The notes under the pieces were generated by a model. The model had not been told where the DNA came from, ran no database searches, and was given only the letters and a program-made list of their open reading frames with translations. A stretch of DNA of 64,000 nucleotides from an uncultured Ruminococcus sp. (GTDB lineage: Bacteria; Bacillota; Clostridia; Oscillospirales; Ruminococcaceae), in assembly GCA_947178575.1 (NCBI GenBank), contig CAMWYX010000002.1:32543-96542 (forward strand), read 5' to 3'. Positions 59,248 to 64,000 of this stretch are shown in pieces (the first letter of the stretch is position 1; every line of letters begins with the position of its first letter). The translations under genes and the position numbers were made by a program.

Positions 59248-60012
59248 TTGAATATCATTTCAGCCGGCTGGAACTGCATATATGGAACAGACTACATATT
59301 TTCCTGCGAAATGGAAACAAGTACATTCCTGATTGTGTTGATGCGGAGCGGATTCCGGCTTGACGGTGTTTTCATGCCGGAAAATACACTGCTGATTTTT
59401 GATGAAAGCAGAAAGTCGGAATATTCGGCATCTGATGATATTCTGGTGTGTGACTGGATTTGCTTTGAAGCCGACAGGGAAACGGATTTTATTGATACGG
59501 AATTTGATTTCAATGTCCCTGTAAGATATTCAGACAGCGGATTCATCAGTGAACTTATAAGAAATATAACAGCGGAATTTTATTCCCTGAACAGCAGAAG
59601 AATTAAAATTCTTGATTTCATGATGAAAACTCTGCTGATGAAAGCGGCTGAGAGCTGTTCTCACAGGGAGAGTATACAATCATCATCTGAACCGCATTAC
59701 AGCTCGCTGATTGAGCTTCGGGAGAAGATATACCGCAATCCGCAGATGAAGTGGAACGTTGATGCAATGGCGGCATACGTGAATATGTCGCGTTCGTATT
59801 TCCAGCACGTTTACCGTGAAACTTTCGGTGTTTCATGCATGACGGACGTAATCAGCGGAAAAATCGAGAAAGCCAAGGAAATCCTAAGCGAAACAGGCTG
59901 TACGGTTTCACAGGTTGCAGCAATGTGCGGCTACGACAATGAGGAGCATTTCATGCGGCAGTTCAAGAAAGTTACCGGCGTTACTCCGACGGGTTACAGA
60001 AAGAAGAATTGA
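59248..60012 (+). CDS. AraC-family transcriptional regulator
   Basis: C-terminal double HTH (MSRSYFQHVYRETFG, VAAMCGYDNEEHFMRQFKKVTGVTPTGYR). TTG start after GAGGTG. Confidence 0.8.
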   Translation: MNIISAGWNCIYGTDYIFSCEMETSTFLIVLMRSGFRLDGVFMPENTLLIFDESRKSEYSASDDILVCDWICFEADRETDFIDTEFDFNVPVRYSDSGFISELIRNITAEFYSLNSRRIKILDFMMKTLLMKAAESCSHRESIQSSSEPHYSSLIELREKIYRNPQMKWNVDAMAAYVNMSRSYFQHVYRETFGVSCMTDVISGKIEKAKEILSETGCTVSQVAAMCGYDNEEHFMRQFKKVTGVTPTGYRKKN

Positions 60013-60015
60013 TAT

Positions 60016-60453
60016 ATGATAATACGTGAAATAAATAAAAATGATTATGAGGGATTAATGAAATTATATATGCAGCTTCATGATAATCCTATGCCGGACA
60101 AAACTGTTGAGATAACAGAATTATGGAACAGAATTGTTGATGACAAAAATCATCATATTATCGTAGCAGAGGAGGACGGCAAAATAGTTTCGTCCTGCGT
60201 ATGCGTGATTATTCCCAATCTTACTCATAATCAGCAGTCATACGCATTTATAGAAAACGTCATTACAGATAAAGATTACAGAAAAAGAGGTCTTGCGACA
60301 AAATGCCTGAATTATGCGAAAGATATTGCACTGAAAGAAAATTGCTATAAACTGATGCTGCTTACAGGCTCAAAAGAGGAAAGTACGCTGAATTTTTACA
60401 GAAAAGCAGGGTACAACAGTGAAGATAAGATCGCATTTATTCAGTGGATATGA
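60016..60453 (+). CDS. GNAT-family N-acetyltransferase
   Basis: Acetyl-CoA motif YRKRGLATKCLNYA. 145 aa. Confidence 0.8.
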   Translation: MIIREINKNDYEGLMKLYMQLHDNPMPDKTVEITELWNRIVDDKNHHIIVAEEDGKIVSSCVCVIIPNLTHNQQSYAFIENVITDKDYRKRGLATKCLNYAKDIALKENCYKLMLLTGSKEESTLNFYRKAGYNSEDKIAFIQWI

Positions 60454-60468
60454 TTTGAGGTGAAAAAG

Positions 60469-60830
60469 ATGATATTATACTGTCCTGTCGGCGAAAAAGA
60501 ATTGATACTCATTGAAAAAGCGATTACAGTAAATTTCCGCCGAGACTTCCTGAACAGCCGATTTTTTATCCCATACTGAAAAGAAAATATGCAGAAGAAA
60601 TTGCTGAAAAATGGAACACGAGGGATAAAAATTCAGGATATAAGGGATATGTTACCGAATTTGAAGTTGATGACGATTATATCAGAAGATATGAAGTGCA
60701 GACTGTCGGAGCATATTATCATCAGGAATTGTGGATACCTGCTGAAGAACTTGCGGAGTTCAACAGTCATATCATCGGAAAAATAAGAGTAATTATTGAA
60801 TTTCCTATTGACAAACATGAAATCATGTAG
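60469..60830 (+). pseudogene. conserved hypothetical gene interrupted by a -1 frameshift at an A5 run (60515-60519)
   Basis: Frame A gives MILYCPVGEKELILIEKA.. and soon stops. The +2 frame continues KSDYSKFPPRLPEQPIFYPILKRKYAEEIAEKWNTRDKNSGYKGYVTEFEVDDDYIRRYEVQTVGAYYHQELWIPAEELAEFNSHIIGKIRVIIEF to TAG 60830. The span is 362 nt (3n+2). Confidence 0.7.
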
Positions 60831-60845
60831 TATAATATAGCCATA
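60800..60845 (+). repeat. 46-nt promoter module, copy 1 (44/46 identical to 61655-61700)
   Basis: ATTTCCTATTGACAAAcATGAAATCATGTAGTATAATATAgCCATA. Confidence 0.9.
60808..60836 (+). promoter_or_regulatory. consensus sigma-A promoter for the pnuC-like gene
   Basis: TTGACA, 17-nt spacer, TATAAT. Confidence 0.75.
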
Positions 60846-60954
60846 TTCCTGTAAATTAAATAAATCTGCCACCGGGTAGAGAGCATTCATTACACATCGT
60901 TAGGTCTTTGAAGATGTGCAGATGAATGCTTGTTTTTTTGGAGGTATCTTTTTT
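60837..60954 (+). promoter_or_regulatory. pnuC-like leader with an intrinsic terminator (60882-60939); candidate attenuator or riboswitch of unknown class
   Basis: AGCATTCAT (60882-60890) pairs with ATGAATGCT (60922-60930). Inner CACATC/GATGTG stem, then TGTTTTTTT abutting the GGAGG RBS. Confidence 0.55.
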
Positions 60955-61638
60955 ATGTTAAAGAAATTGAATTATTTTACAAAAGCTGATTTGATAATCT
61001 GGTTTATATCAGTTACTACCATTATTTTATCGTTTCTGATTTTTGACAGGGAGAATTTTTTTACTCTTGTTGCCTCCCTGATTGGTGTGACTTCATTGAT
61101 TTTCTGTGCGAAAGGGAATCCGTTCGGGCAGGTGCTTATGATAGTTTTCAGTTTCCTTTACGGAATAATTTCATTTAAATTTACCTATTACGGCGAAATG
61201 ATTACTTACCTCGGAATGACTGCTCCGATGGCGGTCTTTTCGCTTGTGTCATGGCTAAAAAATCCGTATAATGGCAATAAATCGGAAGTAAAAGTAAACA
61301 GACTCAAATCAGCTGATATTATTATCATGATTTTTCTTACAGCTGTTGTGACGTTGATTTTTTATTTTATTCTTTCGGCACTTGATACAGCGAATATAAT
61401 TCCCAGCACTCTATCTGTTATGACAAGCTTTTCAGCCGTTTTTCTGACATTCAGAAGAAGCCCGTTATATGCCGTAGGATATGCCCTGAATGATATTATT
61501 CTGATTATTATGTGGATTCTGGCATCGTTTTCCGATATATCATATATATCCGTTGTCGTATGCTTTGTGATTTTTCTCGTCAATGATATATACGGATTTA
61601 TAAGCTGGAAAAATATGCAGAAACGGCAGGAAATATAA
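60955..61638 (+). CDS. pnuC: PnuC-family (nicotinamide riboside-type) transporter
   Basis: 227 aa, about 7 TM segments. CAKGNPFGQ and SLVSWLKNP segments resemble the NMN_transporter family. ATG 60955 follows GGAGG. Confidence 0.7.
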   Translation: MLKKLNYFTKADLIIWFISVTTIILSFLIFDRENFFTLVASLIGVTSLIFCAKGNPFGQVLMIVFSFLYGIISFKFTYYGEMITYLGMTAPMAVFSLVSWLKNPYNGNKSEVKVNRLKSADIIIMIFLTAVVTLIFYFILSALDTANIIPSTLSVMTSFSAVFLTFRRSPLYAVGYALNDIILIIMWILASFSDISYISVVVCFVIFLVNDIYGFISWKNMQKRQEI

Positions 61639-61654
61639 TCTATAATAATTTTGG

Positions 61655-61700
61655 ATTTCCTATTGACAAATATGAAATCATGTAGTATAATATAACCATA
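61655..61700 (+). repeat. 46-nt promoter module, copy 2
   Basis: ATTTCCTATTGACAAAtATGAAATCATGTAGTATAATATAaCCATA. Confidence 0.9.
61663..61691 (+). promoter_or_regulatory. consensus sigma-A promoter for the SAM riboswitch and metK
   Basis: TTGACA, 17-nt spacer, TATAAT. Confidence 0.75.
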
Positions 61701-61701
61701 C

Positions 61702-61800
61702 CTTATCAAGAGCGGTGGAGGAAACAGGTCCTGTGAAGCCCGGCAACCTGAGTTAATCAAGGTGCTAAATCCTGCGGTATTATTTCCGGAAGATGAGGAT
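61702..61800 (+). promoter_or_regulatory. SAM-I (S-box) riboswitch aptamer
   Basis: CTTATCAAGAGCGGTGGAGGAAACAGGTCCTGTGAAGCCCGGCAACC...AAGGTGCTAAATCCTGC...GAAGATGAG matches the S-box core nearly position for position. It lies upstream of metK. Confidence 0.95.
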
Positions 61801-61813
61801 TTTAAAAAAATCT

Positions 61814-61842
61814 AAGCACTCCGGATAAGAGTGCTTTTTTTT
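61814..61842 (+). terminator. riboswitch expression-platform terminator
   Basis: AAGCACTC / GAGTGCTT stem followed by a T run. Confidence 0.9.
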
Positions 61843-61857
61843 ATGGAGGTCAAAAAA

Positions 61858-63051
61858 ATGAAAAAAATTTTCTTTACTTCTGAATCGGTTACAGAGGGTC
61901 ACCCCGATAAAATCTGCGACCAGATTTCAGATGCCATACTTGATGCAATGCTGGAGCAGGACGAAAATTCACGTGTTGCCTGTGAAACGGTTGTCACAAC
62001 AGGTATGATTATGTGCATGGGCGAAATTTCCACGAAAGCAGATGTTAATATTCCGAAAATCGCACGGAAAGTGGTTGCCGATATAGGCTACGACCGTGCA
62101 AAATACGGATTTGATGCCCATACCTGTGCAGTTCTTACAAGCATTGACGAGCAGTCTCCTGATATTGCAATGGGTGTCAATGAGGCTTTTGAATACCGTG
62201 AACAGAACTCCGAAAGCGACGGACTTTCAAACGGTGCAGGCGACCAGGGAATTATGTTCGGATATGCCTGCAATGAAACGCCGGAACTTATGCCCCTCCC
62301 GATTTCGCTTGCTCATAAGCTTGCCGTAAAACTTACGGAAGTACGTAAAAACGGAACGCTCCGTTATCTCCGTCCGGACGGAAAATCACAGGTAACTGTT
62401 GAGTATCATGATGATAAGCCGGTTCGTGTAGATGCGGTTGTTGTATCGTCACAGCATTCGGCAGACATTTCACTTGACCAGCTCAGACGGGATATTGAAG
62501 AATACGTTATCAGGGAAGTTATTCCGGCTGAACTTATGGACGAAAATACAAAGTTATACATCAACCCTACAGGACGTTTTGTAGTAGGAGGACCGCAGGG
62601 CGACAGCGGACTTACAGGACGTAAGATAATTGTTGATACATACGGCGGATATTCACGCCACGGAGGCGGAGCTTTCAGCGGAAAAGACCCGACAAAGGTT
62701 GACCGTTCAGCAGCATATGCGGCAAGATATATCGCTAAAAATATCGTTGCGGCAGGTCTTGCGGACAAATGCGAAATACAGCTTTCATACGCTATCGGAG
62801 TTGCGAAGCCGGTTTCAGTTCTGGTTGATACGTTCGGAACAGGAAAAGCCGATGAAAATATTATTTCCCTTGCAGTTTCGGAGGTGTTCGACCTCAGACC
62901 GTCGGCTATAATAAATATGCTTGAACTCAGAAAACCGCAGTACAGACAACTGGCAGCTTACGGACATATGGGACGTGAGGATTTGGGCGTAGCATGGGAG
63001 AAAACAGACAAGGCGGAAATCCTTAAAGCCACAGTAAAAAAATATGAGTGA
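61858..63051 (+). CDS. metK: S-adenosylmethionine synthetase
   Basis: [25 protein letters not shown] and [16 protein letters not shown] motifs. GGAGGT RBS before ATG 61858. Confidence 0.97.
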   Translation: MKKIFFTSESVTEGHPDKICDQISDAILDAMLEQDENSRVACETVVTTGMIMCMGEISTKADVNIPKIARKVVADIGYDRAKYGFDAHTCAVLTSIDEQSPDIAMGVNEAFEYREQNSESDGLSNGAGDQGIMFGYACNETPELMPLPISLAHKLAVKLTEVRKNGTLRYLRPDGKSQVTVEYHDDKPVRVDAVVVSSQHSADISLDQLRRDIEEYVIREVIPAELMDENTKLYINPTGRFVVGGPQGDSGLTGRKIIVDTYGGYSRHGGGAFSGKDPTKVDRSAAYAARYIAKNIVAAGLADKCEIQLSYAIGVAKPVSVLVDTFGTGKADENIISLAVSEVFDLRPSAIINMLELRKPQYRQLAAYGHMGREDLGVAWEKTDKAEILKATVKKYE

Positions 63052-64000
63052 TAAAACCGCAAAACACAGAAATCAGCTGATAAGTGCGGACGAACGTGCG
63101 GAATATATTGTCTCACAGCTTAGCACGGAGGAGGCAGCCGGACAGCTCCGGTATGATGCTCCTGCCGTGGAATCGCTGGGAATACCGGCGTATAACTGGT
63201 GGAACGAGGGTCTTCACGGTCTGGCACGTGCCGGAACTGCAACAATATTTCCGCAGTCAATCGGGCTTGCGTCAATGTTTGACGAAGAACTAATCAGAAA
63301 AACCGCTGAAATAATATCCGACGAGGCAAGGGCGAAATATAACGATTATTCGGCACACGGAGACAGAGGAATTTTCAAAGGTCTGACGTTATGGTCTCCG
63401 AACATTAATATATTCCGTGACCCACGCTGGGGACGGGGACAGGAAACATACGGGGAAGACCCGTTCCTGACTGCACGCCTCGGAACTGCATTTGTAAAGG
63501 GACTTCAGGGAAACGGAACAGTCCTTAAAACAGCAGCGTGTGCGAAACATTTTGCGGTACACAGCGGACCGGAATCGCTCCGCCATGAATTCAATGCGGA
63601 AGTTTCCGCAAAGGATTTGAATGAAACATATCTTCCGGCGTTTGAGGCACTGGTCAGGGAAGCCGGTGTTGAATCCGTCATGGGTGCGTATAACATGGTA
63701 TGCGGTGAACCCTCATGTGCCAGCAATATGCTGATGGGAAAGCTGAAAGAATGGGGATTCGACGGCTATTTTGTTTCTGACTGCTGGGCGATACGTGATT
63801 TTCATATAAGTCATAAAGTAACAAAAACAGCTCCGGAATCGGCGGCTATGGCTCTGAAAGCCGGCTGTGACCTCAACTGCGGAAATACATATCTTAATCT
63901 GCTCATCGCTCTTGACGAGGGACTTATAACAGATGAGGATATACGCAAATCATGCCGTAAGCTTATGAGAACCCGAATCAGGCTCGGAATGTTTGACGAA
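63044..64000 (+). CDS. glycoside hydrolase family 3 (beta-xylosidase / beta-glucosidase type), 5' part; runs off the window
   Basis: Open frame from ATG 63044 to the window end: ..[27 protein letters not shown].., [42 protein letters not shown]. Absent from the ORF track because it has no stop. Confidence 0.85.
   Translation, partial: MSDKTAKHRNQLISADERAEYIVSQLSTEEAAGQLRYDAPAVESLGIPAYNWWNEGLHGLARAGTATIFPQSIGLASMFDEELIRKTAEIISDEARAKYNDYSAHGDRGIFKGLTLWSPNINIFRDPRWGRGQETYGEDPFLTARLGTAFVKGLQGNGTVLKTAACAKHFAVHSGPESLRHEFNAEVSAKDLNETYLPAFEALVREAGVESVMGAYNMVCGEPSCASNMLMGKLKEWGFDGYFVSDCWAIRDFHISHKVTKTAPESAAMALKAGCDLNCGNTYLNLLIALDEGLITDEDIRKSCRKLMRTRIRLGMFDE

Noticed and set aside
60589-60786. Listed 65-aa ORF MQKKLLKNGTRG...
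   Set aside because: It is in the wrong frame. The neighbouring frame gives a coherent conserved-looking protein that joins to the ATG at 60469 after repair of an A-run.
60866-60879. Small hairpin CUGCC-ACCG-GGUAG, considered as a guanidine-II (mini-ykkC) module.
   Set aside because: The loop is ACCG, not ACGR, and there is only one hairpin rather than the required pair.
1-64000. Scan for tRNA, rRNA, CRISPR arrays, transposases, integrases, toxin-antitoxin pairs and defence genes.
   Set aside because: Nothing found. The GNAT at 60016 follows an AraC regulator rather than a small antitoxin, and no inverted-repeat-flanked or phage-like segments were seen.

Overview
This window looks like core chromosome of a spore-forming Firmicute of the Clostridia type. 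That taxon call is an inference from gene content and order; no search was run. About 60 genes lie in five strand blocks.

(1) 1-14.7 kb, plus strand: gmk-rpoZ-priA-def-fmt-rsmB-rlmN-stp-prkC-rsgA-thiN-spoVM. This matches the Bacillus subtilis yloH-to-spoVM order but lacks coaBC and rpe. A membrane protein, an M23 peptidase and a ttcA-like gene follow.

(2) 14.8-24.2 kb, minus strand: murC-zapA-U32-dut-DUF4321-like, then mreB-mreC-mreD-pbp2.

(3) spoVG on the plus strand.

(4) 24.9-32.7 kb, minus strand: rpmG-secE-nusG-rplK-rplA, an orphan feoA, glnA plus an ANTAR regulator, yfhO and a NUDIX gene.

(5) 33-64 kb, plus strand:
- nifS-like gene and thiI.
- An operon of two class B sortase paralogues plus a SpoIID-like protein.
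- A dcw cluster: mraZ-rsmH-ftsL-pbp-murE-mraY-ftsW-murG-murA-ftsQ-ftsZ.
- A DivIVA-like coiled-coil gene, a zinc-ribbon gene, a DUF1858 gene, a trmK-NIF3 fusion and rqcH.
- An AraC-family gene, a GNAT gene and a frameshifted gene.
- A pnuC-like transporter, a SAM-I riboswitch with metK, and the 5' part of a GH3 glycosidase.

I found no rRNA, tRNA, CRISPR array, transposase, integrase or recognisable defence island. I see no clearly novel multi-gene system.

The least explained loci are:
- The sortase-sortase-SpoIID-like operon, where the SpoIID-like motifs are in permuted order.
- A hairpin-rich ~320-nt insert ending in a terminator between ftsL and the pbp.
- A terminator-containing pnuC leader with no recognisable aptamer. 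Its promoter is a 46-nt near-duplicate of the metK riboswitch promoter.
- A ~265-nt leader upstream of a CxxC-x17-CxxC zinc-ribbon gene.

Product calls rest on motifs read from the translations and on synteny. Small-feature coordinates were counted by eye and may be off by a few nucleotides.
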